Shown: positions 8,054-19,113, counted from the first letter of the stretch. The stretch is 64,000 bases of DNA from Bacillus sp. (in: firmicutes) (GCA_011524525.1 WTKE01000112.1:4020-68019), one strand, 5' to 3'. Numbers and translations are program-made. Notes: generated by a model not told the origin, from the sequence alone.

Positions 8054-11000
8054 TTATTTTTCTCGTAAAAACGGCCACCAGTTGGCTTTCCCAAAGGTTC
8101 TTACCATGACTGGTATAAATAACGGGAGTATTACAAGAGCATATAAGAATAATCCCACTAATACGATTGATGCAATCTGTAGTAAGGAAAGCATTCCTGA
8201 AGGCATCATCGCAGCAAAGGTTCCACCTAAGATGACTGCCGCTGAAATGATAACTGTTCCCATTTTTTTCATTGATTCAAGCATGGCTTCACGAATGGAT
8301 AGGTCCTTATATTCATTAAAACGATCCATTAAGAAGATACTATAGTCCACTCCGAGTGCGATTAAGATCACAAAGCCAAAGAATGGTACGGCCCAGCTAA
8401 TCCCTGTATAGCCTAACAGGTTAACAAATATCGCTTCATTAATACCCATAGACGTGTAGAACGTTAGTATCAACGATGCAATGATATAGGCTGGCATGAT
8501 CATTGATCGGAATAGAATAACTAAGATGATGGTTATTCCCACTAACATCAAAACAACCGTTCGAGAGTAATCTTCTCCTGAAATCGCATCAAGGTCGGCA
8601 TTTGTTCTTGTCACTCCACCAACGGCAACCACGGCATTTTCAAGCTTTGTATTTGCGGTAGCACTCTTTACCGCTTCATTTAGTTTATCCACTTGATTGA
8701 TGGCCTCATTGGAGTAAGGATTTGCTTCAAGAATAACATCAATCGTCATTACCTTACGATCTTCAGACATATAGGTGTCTAACACCTGTACAAAATCTTC
8801 ACTTTCAAGAACCTCAGGTGGTAGATAGAAGGCACCATTCTCATTTTCAGAAAGACCTTTAATATAGTCTTGAGCTGAGCCTAATCCATCTGAAATTTGA
8901 TTCAATCCATCCACACTTTGGTTCAAGCCATCTGTCAATTGACCTAATTGACCGCCTAATTCACCAAAGCCATCTGCCAGTTGCTGTTGACCATCACGAA
9001 TTCCGGCTAAACCAGAAGTTAGCTTTGGCATATTATCAACAATTTGCCCTTGACCGTTTGCAAGCTGATTAAGACCGGCAAGCTGTTTGTCAATTCCAAC
9101 GATAAACTGCTCTAAACCAGAAACAATTTTCTGCTGGTTATCATTAATTACTGCAAATCCAGCATTAGCCTCAGCCATGCCACTAGCTACTCCAGCTAAC
9201 TGTGGCTGAACCGTTTGAACTGTTCCCTTTAATCTTTGATAAGATTCATCCATCTGTAACGCAGGATAACTCGTTTCTAAAGCGGCAAAATATTGTTCCG
9301 TAGATGCAAGAGCGGCAGATAGTTCGTTTAAGCCAGCTCCCATTTGTCCATAAGCGCCAGCAAGCTTTTTGTACTCCGCTAACAGCTGCTCAGCACCAGA
9401 CTTCATGTTTCCAAGCTCAGTCTTGATTTGAGCAGAACCTGCTGCTCCTTGACGAATACCATCTTCAATCTTTGCTAAGTTTGTTTGAATTTCTGTTAAT
9501 CCCGACTGAACCTGCGATGTTCCAGTTACGAGCTCCCCGATCCCAGCAGTTGCCTGCTCAAGCTGTGGAGCGGAACTCTCAAGTCCTTCACTTGCTTCCT
9601 TTAGACCTGAGCTAATTTGATCAAGACCTTCTTTTCCTTCTCCAAGTCCTTCTTGTAAAGTGTCAGCTTGCTTCGCAATTAAAAAGTCTTCAATCGGTTC
9701 ACCCGTTGGTCGTGTCACCGAACGAACGGTATCTACTAGTGGTACCCGTGCTAACTGCTTACTAATTTCTTCCACTAAATTAATATATTCCATCGAGTCC
9801 ATTGCTTCGTCATTTTTTAGAACGATTTGAGTTGGCATCGATTCACCTGGCCCAAAGCTATCAGCAATGGCATTAAAGGCACGAATAGAATGGACATCTC
9901 CACTGATTTCTTCCAGAGAGTTATAAGAAAGTTTACCATCGTATGTGACCAAGAACGGTACACAAACGGCTGCTACAATTAGAAGGGCAATAAAAGGGCG
10001 TTTGAGAGAAAATTGACCAACTACACCCCAGAATTTGCTTTCACCATGCTCTGCCGTACTCTTTGATGGCCAGAAGATTTTTCCGCCAAGTACAGCCATA
10101 AAAAAAGGAACAATCGTAAATAAGGCAATTAACAAAAGTCCTACTCCAACCGCAACAGCTGCTGCTGATTGATACAGCACAAATTTGGAAAACCCGATTG
10201 CAGCAAAACCAATCATTACGGCCAATCCACTGAAAAATACCGTGCGGCCTGCATTACGATACGTCGCAACGATCGCATCTGCACGATTTTCGTAATGTGT
10301 AAGTTCTTCTTTATAACGGCTTAGTAACAGGATACAATAGTCCGTTCCAATCCCAAACAATATCGCTACAAGGAAGATTTGCGTATAACTCGAAACGGGA
10401 AAATCCAATTTATCTACTAAAATCGAAACAATCGATTGAGCAGCTAAGTAAGAGAATCCAACCGTTAACAATGGGATGACCGGTGCTACTACTGATCGGA
10501 ATACGAGTAACAATACTACTAAGATGAAAACAACGGTGATTCCTTCTGTCTTTTTCAATCCTTCTTGAGAGCTTGTCATCAAGTCTTCATTAATTAACCA
10601 GTTACTCGTGTAATCATGGTCGACCTTCACGTCCTCGATTGTTTCATAAAGGGCTTCACTTAGTTCTTTGGGTTCACGATCCTTCCACTCAATGGTTAGC
10701 GATGCAAGAATCGCTTTTCCATCCTTTGAGACCAGCTGTTCTTCTAGAACCTCCTCATTAAAATGAGTAAGAATGTCTGTAATCCCAAGCTCTTCTTTCT
10801 TATTTTCAAGTGCCCGAATCGCTTTTTCAGCTTCTTGTATTTCTTTATCCGTTAATTTTTCCTCACTATGAAAAACAAGGGCAACCTGCGTATCATCGCC
10901 TCCGCCTTCCTGTTCTTGGACGTTCTCCATAATGTCAGACGCTAGTGAAGAGGAATATCCTTCCGGAACATTAATTTGCCCCTTCTCACGAACAAGGTCG

Positions 11001-11089
11001 GCCATGTTGGGAGCAAGCATAAACAGTCCAACAATGAGAGCAATCCATGCCACTAACACTAACCACTTATTTTTTATAATCGCATACAT
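8054..11089 (-). CDS. MMPL/RND family transporter with a long heptad-repeat coiled-coil loop (YdgH-like)
   Basis: GIGTDY and LGVDY motifs in two membrane halves; LxxG heptads in between. Confidence 0.9.
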   Translation of the reverse strand: MYAIIKNKWLVLVAWIALIVGLFMLAPNMADLVREKGQINVPEGYSSSLASDIMENVQEQEGGGDDTQVALVFHSEEKLTDKEIQEAEKAIRALENKKEELGITDILTHFNEEVLEEQLVSKDGKAILASLTIEWKDREPKELSEALYETIEDVKVDHDYTSNWLINEDLMTSSQEGLKKTEGITVVFILVVLLLVFRSVVAPVIPLLTVGFSYLAAQSIVSILVDKLDFPVSSYTQIFLVAILFGIGTDYCILLLSRYKEELTHYENRADAIVATYRNAGRTVFFSGLAVMIGFAAIGFSKFVLYQSAAAVAVGVGLLLIALFTIVPFFMAVLGGKIFWPSKSTAEHGESKFWGVVGQFSLKRPFIALLIVAAVCVPFLVTYDGKLSYNSLEEISGDVHSIRAFNAIADSFGPGESMPTQIVLKNDEAMDSMEYINLVEEISKQLARVPLVDTVRSVTRPTGEPIEDFLIAKQADTLQEGLGEGKEGLDQISSGLKEASEGLESSAPQLEQATAGIGELVTGTSQVQSGLTEIQTNLAKIEDGIRQGAAGSAQIKTELGNMKSGAEQLLAEYKKLAGAYGQMGAGLNELSAALASTEQYFAALETSYPALQMDESYQRLKGTVQTVQPQLAGVASGMAEANAGFAVINDNQQKIVSGLEQFIVGIDKQLAGLNQLANGQGQIVDNMPKLTSGLAGIRDGQQQLADGFGELGGQLGQLTDGLNQSVDGLNQISDGLGSAQDYIKGLSENENGAFYLPPEVLESEDFVQVLDTYMSEDRKVMTIDVILEANPYSNEAINQVDKLNEAVKSATANTKLENAVVAVGGVTRTNADLDAISGEDYSRTVVLMLVGITIILVILFRSMIMPAYIIASLILTFYTSMGINEAIFVNLLGYTGISWAVPFFGFVILIALGVDYSIFLMDRFNEYKDLSIREAMLESMKKMGTVIISAAVILGGTFAAMMPSGMLSLLQIASIVLVGLFLYALVILPLFIPVMVRTFGKANWWPFLREK

Positions 11090-11092
11090 GGG

Positions 11093-11554
11093 CTAATCCT
11101 CCAGTTGATTCTTCTTTGTTTCTAAAAGTACGTCATGCAATTTCTCGTAGGACTGGATAAACATTTCTATTTCATTTTGGTCAAACTTCGTGATAATGGA
11201 CTCCACCAGTTTATGGATTCTAGCTTCCGTCTCTAAATAAAGCTCATTGCCTTTATCCGTTAACGTTAAGTACACCACTCGACGATCATTTTCATCTCTC
11301 GTTCTTTGAATAAAGCCCTTCGTCCATAATCGAGTAATGATGGCTGTAATCGCACTTTTTTTTACAGAAAAAACGTCGGCAAGCTCTGATGATGTACAAG
11401 TATTGTTTTGATAGATGTAGCGCAACATATAATGCTGCTCACTTGTTAGATCACAATCTAACTGCTCCTTAACAAGTGCTTCCCCAATCTTATTAACGGA
11501 AAAAGATAGAGAAATATATTTATTCACCACTCCCTTAATACGCTGATCTGGCAC
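11093..11554 (-). CDS. MarR family regulator of the MMPL gene
   Basis: KSAITAIITRL...DRRVVYLTLT; start GTG 11554 with GGAGGTG SD. Confidence 0.88.
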   Translation of the reverse strand: MPDQRIKGVVNKYISLSFSVNKIGEALVKEQLDCDLTSEQHYMLRYIYQNNTCTSSELADVFSVKKSAITAIITRLWTKGFIQRTRDENDRRVVYLTLTDKGNELYLETEARIHKLVESIITKFDQNEIEMFIQSYEKLHDVLLETKKNQLED

Positions 11555-11678
11555 GGTATCACCTCCAAAAAATAGTTTCATCATTTAATTGTTCAACTGT
11601 TTAACTATCTACTCGATTATCATAATGGAGTCCTATTTTACTGTCAATCAAAAAAAACGAACCAATAAAATTGGCTCG

Positions 11679-12455
11679 TTACTTTTGTAAGCTATGATGA
11701 ATAACTTCTAGTGTTCGTTTAAGATCCGTTACCTCTACTTGTCCTGGTGCTGATGCTTTCTTTAACGCTCCGAATGTAACACTGGATCCAAACACTTCAC
11801 CTGATAGGCGACTAATAGCGCCTTGCCCTGCCATAGACATGGTGATAACCGGAGTATCTGGATGCTTTTCTTGCATCTCAACAGTTGCTTCCAACAATGC
11901 TAGCACATCTCTAGCAGAGGTCGGCATCACTGCTATTTTGGGAATATCGCCGCCTAGCTTCTTACCACGTTCCAGAATTTCCACCATTTTATCCTTAGAA
12001 GGTGTAAAGGCAAAATTATGGCTAGAAAGGATCCCTAATCGACCGTTCTCATGAAGGATAGAGAGAATCTGACTAATATCTTCATCTCGATGACGGAGCT
12101 CAATGTCTACTAAATCTACCATACCTGACTTTGCTGCCGCTTCATTCAAGTCGAAATAATTAGAAGGGTGAATTTCCTTCTCCCCACCCTCTTCAAGGCT
12201 TCGAAACGTAAAAACAAGAGGAAGTTCTTTCAAACGCTGATGGATAGATGAAAGTGCAGTCATCACCTTACTAAGGTCTTCACTATCATTGAAAAAGTCT
12301 ACCCTCCATTCAACCATATCGACAAAATCCTTATTTAATTGAATAAGCTCTGCCTCCGCTAAAAGGTCTGCCGCTGTTCTCCCTGTCATAGGTACACAAA
12401 TTTTCGGTGTTCCTACTCCAATACGAATATTTTTTACCGTAATGAAATTCGCCAA
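11679..12455 (-). CDS. aroD: Type I 3-dehydroquinate dehydratase
   Basis: EWRVD, FTFRSLEEGG, SHNF, PKIAVMP and SAPGQ motifs. Confidence 0.93.
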   Translation of the reverse strand: MANFITVKNIRIGVGTPKICVPMTGRTAADLLAEAELIQLNKDFVDMVEWRVDFFNDSEDLSKVMTALSSIHQRLKELPLVFTFRSLEEGGEKEIHPSNYFDLNEAAAKSGMVDLVDIELRHRDEDISQILSILHENGRLGILSSHNFAFTPSKDKMVEILERGKKLGGDIPKIAVMPTSARDVLALLEATVEMQEKHPDTPVITMSMAGQGAISRLSGEVFGSSVTFGALKKASAPGQVEVTDLKRTLEVIHHSLQK

Positions 12456-12570
12456 GCTACGATCCCTCCATTCTTATCCTCTACTTTATCCTACAACTGC
12501 TCTTTATGACCACAAAAAAATAGGATACTCTACAAAAAAGAGTACCCTTTTTTCTGCGATGCTGTTTTCC

Positions 12571-13353
12571 CTACGCCATTACCTTAGCTAGAGCTTCATC
12601 GTAATTTTCTTCAAACCAATGGATTTTTTCTCTCATTTGAACAACCTCACCCACTAGAATGATAGAAGGGTGTGAAATTTGGTGCCTACTCACAATCTCT
12701 TCAATTGTTTCCAATGTACCTGTCACGGTTCTTTGAACAGAGGTTGTCCCCCAATGAATGACTGCTACCGGTGTTGTTGCCTTTTTCCCATGAGACATAA
12801 GGTTCTTACAAATATTTGATAAATTGTTTACACCCATATAAAAGGCAATCGTATCAATCCCTTTAGCAAGAGCCTCCCAATTTAAAAATTCACTTCCCTT
12901 TTCCACACGTCCATGTCCCGTTACCATCGCAAAAGAGGTGGCATAATCTCGATGTGTGACAGGAATACCCGCATAAGCTGAAGCAGCAATTCCTGCTGTT
13001 ACTCCAGGTACCACTTCAAAAGGAATCCCATGTCTTGCTAAAAACTCAGCTTCCTCCCCTCCTCGACCAAATACAAACGGATCTCCACCCTTCAACCTAG
13101 TTACAATTTTCCCTTTCATCGCCTGATCCACAAGCAGTTGGTTGATTTCATCTTGAATCAAATGGTGTTTCCCCGGTCTTTTTCCACTATAAATCAGTTT
13201 ACAGCCTTCTTTTGCATGTTTCAGTAATTCTTTATTCACTAACCGATCATAAGAAATAACATCCGCTTTTTGAATGCACTCCAACCCATACAACGTTAAT
13301 AATTTCGGGTCACCAGGACCTGCACCAACGAGATACACCTTCCCTTTTTTCAT
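12571..13353 (-). CDS. cobA: Uroporphyrinogen-III C-methyltransferase
   Basis: VYLVGAGPGDP and RLKGGDPFVFGRGGEE motifs. Confidence 0.93.
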   Translation of the reverse strand: MKKGKVYLVGAGPGDPKLLTLYGLECIQKADVISYDRLVNKELLKHAKEGCKLIYSGKRPGKHHLIQDEINQLLVDQAMKGKIVTRLKGGDPFVFGRGGEEAEFLARHGIPFEVVPGVTAGIAASAYAGIPVTHRDYATSFAMVTGHGRVEKGSEFLNWEALAKGIDTIAFYMGVNNLSNICKNLMSHGKKATTPVAVIHWGTTSVQRTVTGTLETIEEIVSRHQISHPSIILVGEVVQMREKIHWFEENYDEALAKVMA

Positions 13354-14888
13354 CCAGTTCCCTCCATCGCAGTTTGAATTTCTATCTTCTTTTCGTAATA
13401 CTCACGCATCTTTTCTTCTATAAATGGAAGATTGATATGTTCTTTTACATGAGCAGCCAGCTGGTCATATGCTTCCTCACGTTGGGAGCGAAAAGATGGT
13501 CGGTCATATTTTTCTTCCAACCCTTTAACTTTTCGAATCTGATTAATAATGGCTGCACGATACGAGTCATTATCAAAGATTCCATGAAAGTACGTTCCTA
13601 TAATTTGTTGATTTTCACTTATGACTCCATCCGTATTGGTACCATGTGTGATTAATGGTGTACATGGCTTTAGAAACGTCGTAACTCCCATATGAATTTC
13701 GTATCCTTCCACATCATGAGTTTGCCCATTTATTTGAATGGTCCCTTCTGATAGGGTGGTCGTTTTCTCAGATGTGATGGTTGTATAGATTGGCAATAGT
13801 TTTAAGCCATCTTCAATCATAACCTGGGATTCAATACCCTCTGGATCCTCGACGGTTGCTCCAAGCATTTGGTAGCCACCACATATGCCATACAGCTTCG
13901 TTTTTCCATTTACCGTAAGCTTCTGAATTTCTTCATACAATCCGGTTTGCTTCAGAAATATCAAATCCTCAATGGTATTTTTACTGCCAGGCAAGATCAG
14001 CAGATCAGGATCTTGAAGCTGTTCCTTGCTGCTGACAAGGCGCACATGGCAGTCTGCTTCTGATAAAAACGGGTCAATATCTGTGAAATTGGATATTTTA
14101 GGAAATTGAATAACTGCGATATCTATTTCTTTCTCTGAATCTCTTTCTATGCTGTAATTCTTTAAGGCAACGGAGTCCTCTGCATCCACCTTCACATTCG
14201 TATATGGAACGACACCTAGAACAGGCACCCCCGTATACTCCATAAACCAATCAAGACCTGGTTCGAGTAAGCTTACATCTCCCCTGAACTTATTGATAAT
14301 CACCCCTATCACTCGGGCTCGATCACTTTCTTCAATTAACTGAAGCGTACCTACTAAGCTTGCAAACACACCACCACGTTCAATGTCACCTACTAGGATG
14401 ACAGGTGATTCCGTCATGTTCGCGACCCTCATATTTACTAATTCACGATCATTTAGATTGATTTCGGCTGGACTTCCCGCCCCCTCGATGACAATGCGCT
14501 CAAACTGTTGATCGAGTCGCTCGTACGCTTCTTTAATTAAGGTTAGTCCTTGTTGGAAAAAATCTTGCCGATAAGCTCCTGCTTGCATATTTTTATACGG
14601 CTTTCCATGAACAACGATCTGTGCCTCATAGTCCCTCGACGGTTTGATTAAAATCGGATTCATATCCGTAGTTGCTATGGTTCGTGCGGCTTCAGCTTGA
14701 ACTCCTTGAGCTCTCCCAATCTCCTTACCATCCAATGTTATATAAGAATTTAATGCCATATTTTGAGATTTAAATGGTGCTGTTTTATAGCCCATATCTG
14801 AAAAAATTCGACAAAGCGCTGTTGATATCACGCTTTTCCCTGCATCTGAATGTGTTCCTTGAATCATAATGGATTGTGCTCTACGCAT
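13350..14888 (-). CDS. cobQ: Cobyric acid synthase (CbiP/CobQ)
   Basis: GTHSDAGKS, PFKSQNMALNS, EGAGSPAEIN, GICGGYQMLG and GYEIH motifs. Confidence 0.95.
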   Translation of the reverse strand: MRRAQSIMIQGTHSDAGKSVISTALCRIFSDMGYKTAPFKSQNMALNSYITLDGKEIGRAQGVQAEAARTIATTDMNPILIKPSRDYEAQIVVHGKPYKNMQAGAYRQDFFQQGLTLIKEAYERLDQQFERIVIEGAGSPAEINLNDRELVNMRVANMTESPVILVGDIERGGVFASLVGTLQLIEESDRARVIGVIINKFRGDVSLLEPGLDWFMEYTGVPVLGVVPYTNVKVDAEDSVALKNYSIERDSEKEIDIAVIQFPKISNFTDIDPFLSEADCHVRLVSSKEQLQDPDLLILPGSKNTIEDLIFLKQTGLYEEIQKLTVNGKTKLYGICGGYQMLGATVEDPEGIESQVMIEDGLKLLPIYTTITSEKTTTLSEGTIQINGQTHDVEGYEIHMGVTTFLKPCTPLITHGTNTDGVISENQQIIGTYFHGIFDNDSYRAAIINQIRKVKGLEEKYDRPSFRSQREEAYDQLAAHVKEHINLPFIEEKMREYYEKKIEIQTAMEGTG

Positions 14889-15103
14889 GATGTTCCCCCT
14901 ACACCGTGAAATAATAAGTATTCTATAAATGAAGAACAGCTCCTAAGAACTTGTATCACCCATGAACTTCCCATTTTTATAACCTTCAAATGTGGTTCCT
15001 ATTAAGAATTTCGCTTATAACGTTTAACCCATTCTTCCATTTTCCTTTAATTGAGTACAGCAAGTTGTAAGAATATCTTCCATATTCCATTCACTCGTCT
15101 ATA

Positions 15104-15143
15104 AAAACGGCACCAGGATTCCCTTATTAAAAATCCTGGTGCC
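15104..15143 (-). terminator. Intrinsic terminator ending the riboswitch-led cob operon
   Basis: GGCACCAGGATT...AATCCTGGTGCC hairpin with a T-run on the minus strand. Confidence 0.75.
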
Positions 15144-15165
15144 TACACAAATAATTTATAAGTGA

Positions 15166-15795
15166 TTAATACACGGATACTAGTGAGAGATGTTCTACAC
15201 TTGCCTCAACCAGGAGCTTTCTTTCCCCTTTATCCAACCGTATCAAGGTTAAACTTGTTCCCTCACTGATGGGAGCAGACCAGAATTTATTTAGAGAATG
15301 CTTTTTCACGATAGATAAAAATGCCATAATGGTCACTCCATGAGTGACCATTAGCACTCTCCCGTCATCGTCCATTCTTTCTATTTCTTGAAGAAAGTCT
15401 TCCACTCTTGCCATCAAATCTGTAAAGGTTTCTCCTCCATCGTTGTCATATCGCTCTGGAGCATTCCAATAATAATCATACTCAGATGGAAACTCACGAT
15501 AAATTTCGTCCTCCGTTTTTCCCTGCCATTTTCCTAGATGAATTTCCATTAAACGTGGATCAGTTATTATGTTTGTTTCATTTGGTCGGATCAGCTTCGC
15601 AGTGGTATAAGCCCTTCCACTGGGAGAAGAGATCACCTCATCAAAATGGGTATCAGCTAAGTAGTCTCTTAATCGTTTAGCATCCTCCACTCCCTTTTTT
15701 GTAAGGGAGGAATCCAGTCTGCCTTGCATTCGCTTTTGTACATTCCATGTGGTTTGTCCATGCCTAACAATATATAAATCAATCATCATGGTCAC
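15166..15795 (-). CDS. Histidine phosphatase (CobC-like by context)
   Basis: RHGQT, SSP and VTHG motifs; located in the cobamide cluster. Confidence 0.8.
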   Translation of the reverse strand: MTMMIDLYIVRHGQTTWNVQKRMQGRLDSSLTKKGVEDAKRLRDYLADTHFDEVISSPSGRAYTTAKLIRPNETNIITDPRLMEIHLGKWQGKTEDEIYREFPSEYDYYWNAPERYDNDGGETFTDLMARVEDFLQEIERMDDDGRVLMVTHGVTIMAFLSIVKKHSLNKFWSAPISEGTSLTLIRLDKGERKLLVEASVEHLSLVSVY

Positions 15796-15807
15796 TCCCT
15801 TTACGAT

Positions 15808-16518
15808 TTAAAAAGTTAATTCATGATAGTAATAACCACAGAGTTCCTTCACCTTATACTCTTTATCAACTGGAAATGCGATCAGGAAGCAAGTCGATGG
15901 ACCAGACGTTTTTTCTAGGTTGATCACTGAGTTTATCTCACTTTTTAAAAACGTTCGGTTTAAAAAGAGACGATTCAATTCATAAAGGATCCCTTTTGAC
16001 CCCACAGGCAATAAGACAGTGTCATCTAGTTGTGAGAGTTCCTTCACTAATCGTAATGGAGCTACTTCTGATTCCTGTTCTATCACTTCATTTCCAACAA
16101 GAGGAAGACCAATAACCGCCACTTTCGTATCCTCTAGTAAGGGACTTGCACTCAAGGGAGCATCACTTGTTCTTTTTCCTAATACCGTTAATCCAACGGC
16201 AGATTGAACAAGTGAAAAGTTACTTTCGGTGCTTCCATTGATCGGAATCTCTGGCACATCAAGCTCAGATAGACCTCTCGTAATTCCGTTTACGAGTCCT
16301 TCCCACGCTTCCTCTCCACAGAAGTTCTGAAGAATCACTGCTTCGGGAATAGCTCCCGCCGAATAGCATTCCATCGCTGCCACGCGAAAGGTATAATAAC
16401 CAACGATATCGTATGGAACCTGTACCGCATCGAGCTTTTTTAATCCGATCCCCCCGCTATTATCAGAAGCGACCACGAGGGTTTCTTTTCCTATTTTAAG
16501 TAATTGAACATCTCTCAT
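15808..16518 (-). CDS. AIR-synthase-like ATP-binding protein, CblS-like alpha-ribazole kinase
   Basis: ASDNSGGIG, GSTESNF and PVGSKGI motifs; coupled to a CblT-like S component. Confidence 0.7.
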   Translation of the reverse strand: MRDVQLLKIGKETLVVASDNSGGIGLKKLDAVQVPYDIVGYYTFRVAAMECYSAGAIPEAVILQNFCGEEAWEGLVNGITRGLSELDVPEIPINGSTESNFSLVQSAVGLTVLGKRTSDAPLSASPLLEDTKVAVIGLPLVGNEVIEQESEVAPLRLVKELSQLDDTVLLPVGSKGILYELNRLFLNRTFLKSEINSVINLEKTSGPSTCFLIAFPVDKEYKVKELCGYYYHELTF

Positions 16519-17006
16519 TTTTGAAATTTCCCTGCTACTGCTGGTCTCATTATGCTAGCTAATCGAGGAGCAACGATCACAGCTAAAAGGGTATTAAGGA
16601 CAGATGCAATCAGTAAAGATGGAACCATACTAATATAAAATGCTTTTGAAATTAAAAAGATAAATGGCAGTGGAGCTGCAAAGGTATTACCTAGGACGAA
16701 TAAAATAGATGCTGTCCACTTGCTGCCTCTTTGATAAAAATAAGCAAATATCCATATAAGAATGGCCATTTCGATAGCAATTAAGACATGCATAGGTCCA
16801 AGAGGCATTCCTCCAATTAATGCAGATACCATATGTCCTAATCCACCGACGATCGCACCAGGAATTCCTCCTAAAAGCGCGGCAGCAACGATTGCCGGAA
16901 ACGAATCGAGAGCGACACTTCCAATGAATGCTGGAATTTTAATCCCACCACCTATAACTGTTAAAGCTATAAATAGGCCCATCCAAGTTACTTTTTCTAC
17001 CTTCAT
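16515..17006 (-). CDS. ECF transporter S component, CblT-like (alpha-ribazole)
   Basis: IKIP...SVALDSFPA and GHMVSA...PLG motifs; hydrophobic; cob context. Confidence 0.75.
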   Translation of the reverse strand: MKVEKVTWMGLFIALTVIGGGIKIPAFIGSVALDSFPAIVAAALLGGIPGAIVGGLGHMVSALIGGMPLGPMHVLIAIEMAILIWIFAYFYQRGSKWTASILFVLGNTFAAPLPFIFLISKAFYISMVPSLLIASVLNTLLAVIVAPRLASIMRPAVAGKFQK

Positions 17007-17031
17007 TTGTCTTCCTCCTTTTGGATTGTAA

Positions 17032-17478
17032 TTACTTCATGCGTTGACCAATTCCGTACCAAATATGATCCACTCGATCACAAAGTTGGACCGTATCCTG
17101 AAACGTCCAACCTGCATCATCACGCCATTTCCGATCTATTTTTTCAACAGGTACAATTCCTCTTGTAATATCTGACCCAATGATCACGACTTTTCTCTTC
17201 CTGTCTTTCTTTTCCCAATGATTCCAATTCAGAAGTGTCTCTTTCCACATCTTTCTTACTGTATCGGATTCATGTTGAAGCGATAGCTCCCTAATCCAGT
17301 ACTCGATTCCTTCGATCACCACTAAGGGGTCAGTAGAATCTTCGCTAAGATAGTCATAATACGAGCATTCATAAGCCTTTATCCAACTTTTTCGTGGATA
17401 CTGACACATGTCGACATGGTTACGTACCCACTCGGCTTTTCCGTTACATGCTCCTCCCATCACGAAATGCAACGCCAT
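17032..17478 (-). CDS. Short CobU/CobP-like protein
   Basis: HFVMGGACNGKAEW P-loop variant; DITRGIVP...RKWRD; AAGGAGG SD. Confidence 0.75.
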   Translation of the reverse strand: MALHFVMGGACNGKAEWVRNHVDMCQYPRKSWIKAYECSYYDYLSEDSTDPLVVIEGIEYWIRELSLQHESDTVRKMWKETLLNWNHWEKKDRKRKVVIIGSDITRGIVPVEKIDRKWRDDAGWTFQDTVQLCDRVDHIWYGIGQRMK

Positions 17479-18052
17479 CACCCTCCTTTTTCATACAAAT
17501 CGGAACTCCTGTTTCCACGAGATACGCTTCCTTTGCCATTGCAACGACCTGTTGGTTTAGCCTGCCAAGGAGCTTGGCATACACAAGAACAAGGTCACTA
17601 GAGTGAATCGGTTCATTCAAAATTTCATTACTAACGACGATGAGGGTATGACAATTTTTCTGTATCGAAAAGATCCCTTCTATGATCGATTTCTTGATTT
17701 CCTCATGAAAAAACGGGTCCAGCAGCCTCTCCTCGGTTTGAAACAAAAGGTTGTTTAATAAATTGGTTAGGCAATCAAAGAGCACAATATCATTCGGTTG
17801 AAAAACCATTGAGAGGTTATCTAAAAAATAAGGCTCCTCCCACGTTTCCCACTGTTGCTCACCTTCATTTCTTTGCTGTTGATGCCTTTTAATTCGGTCC
17901 TTCATTTCCGTATCAAAAGCAACTCCAGAGGCAATGTAATGAAGTTTTCCTTGAGTTATCTTTGTTAGCTCCATGGCTGTTTTCTCAGCAAAACTGCTTT
18001 TACCACTTCTAACTCCACCACTGATAAAAATCAGCTTTCCACCTTCCGCCAT
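17444..18052 (-). CDS. cobU: Adenosylcobinamide kinase/adenosylcobinamide-phosphate guanylyltransferase
   Basis: GGVRSGKSSFAE, RIKRHQQQR, DCLT and VSNE motifs. Confidence 0.9.
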   Translation of the reverse strand: MAEGGKLIFISGGVRSGKSSFAEKTAMELTKITQGKLHYIASGVAFDTEMKDRIKRHQQQRNEGEQQWETWEEPYFLDNLSMVFQPNDIVLFDCLTNLLNNLLFQTEERLLDPFFHEEIKKSIIEGIFSIQKNCHTLIVVSNEILNEPIHSSDLVLVYAKLLGRLNQQVVAMAKEAYLVETGVPICMKKEGDGVAFRDGRSM

Positions 18053-19113
18053 TCACTCATCACCTCTAATAACCTTTCATGCTCGGTTGGTCCTTTTATC
18101 GCCAGTCGTAGCCACTTTCCGTTAAGTCCCGGAAAATTCATCGTATGTCTTGGAATCATCCCCTTTTCCATCAAAAAACGAAAAAGCGGAAATTGATCGG
18201 ACACTTTCTTATCTTTTAGCAAATAAAAGTTTACAGTTGAGGGGGAATATGAGAATTCCTGTTCACGATAAAATGACTGTAAGCTCTCCCACTCCTGTTT
18301 TACCAATTGAATGGTTTGTTCTACATAGTCACTTTCTGACACACACCATTCCCCCACCTTCATAGCGATCGCATTCACACTCCAATGCGGTTTACTTTCC
18401 CTAATTTTTGCTAGCAGGGCTTCATTTGCGATTAAGTAACCCAGGCGGATTCCTGGAATGCTGAACATTTTTGTCATGGAACGAAGAATGATCATATTTC
18501 CGCCATGTTGGAGACAGGAGACGGTTGATTCGTACCCTTCTACAAAGTCGTAAAAGGCTTCGTCAATAATGAGTATGGTTCCATATTTGGCACATTCACT
18601 GGCAAGAAAGTCGATGGTTGGTTTCGAATAAAACATTCCTGTTGGATTGTTTGGATTGCAAAGAAATACAGCATCTACTTCACGTAAATTCACTAGTAAT
18701 TCATTTAAACGTAGATCCCAGCTGTCTACATCCATCAAGTGATAGCGTACCTCACATTGATTCACTCGGCATGCTTCTTCGTATTCGGAAAAGGCTGGTT
18801 GTACGATGAGCGCTTTCTTCCCAGAGAGCAGTCGTCCGACCAAAGAAATAAGCTCCGCCCCTCCGTTACCTACTAAGATTTGCTCTTTTCTCACGCCTTC
18901 TTTCTTTGCAAGCAAACCTGTGAGTCTTTCTGCCGTTGGATCCGGATAATCAGATACCAGCGAGTACAACTCATTCCATCTATCTTTTACTATGGATGGT
19001 GGACCAAGCGGGTTAATATTCGCACTAAAATCAATCACTGATTCAGGCATGTCAAGTTGAAGTGCTTCATATAAAAATTGAGGATTAGATCCGTGCGTAG
19101 GCCACTTCAACAA
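18031..19113 (-). CDS. cobD: L-threonine-O-3-phosphate decarboxylase (PLP-dependent)
   Basis: HG, DFSANINPLG, GNGGAELI, NPNNPTG and SMTKMFSIPGIRLGY motifs. Confidence 0.9.
   Translation of the reverse strand: MLKWPTHGSNPQFLYEALQLDMPESVIDFSANINPLGPPSIVKDRWNELYSLVSDYPDPTAERLTGLLAKKEGVRKEQILVGNGGAELISLVGRLLSGKKALIVQPAFSEYEEACRVNQCEVRYHLMDVDSWDLRLNELLVNLREVDAVFLCNPNNPTGMFYSKPTIDFLASECAKYGTILIIDEAFYDFVEGYESTVSCLQHGGNMIILRSMTKMFSIPGIRLGYLIANEALLAKIRESKPHWSVNAIAMKVGEWCVSESDYVEQTIQLVKQEWESLQSFYREQEFSYSPSTVNFYLLKDKKVSDQFPLFRFLMEKGMIPRHTMNFPGLNGKWLRLAIKGPTEHERLLEVMSEWRKVES

Noticed and set aside
8850-9700. LxxG heptad repeats in the MMPL protein as a novel feature
   Set aside because: This is a known coiled-coil insertion in Firmicute MMPL/YhgE-type proteins.
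14890-15100. Short ORFs or a second riboswitch upstream of cobQ
   Set aside because: Only ORFs of 34 aa or less with weak SDs and no recognisable motif; no B12-box sequence.
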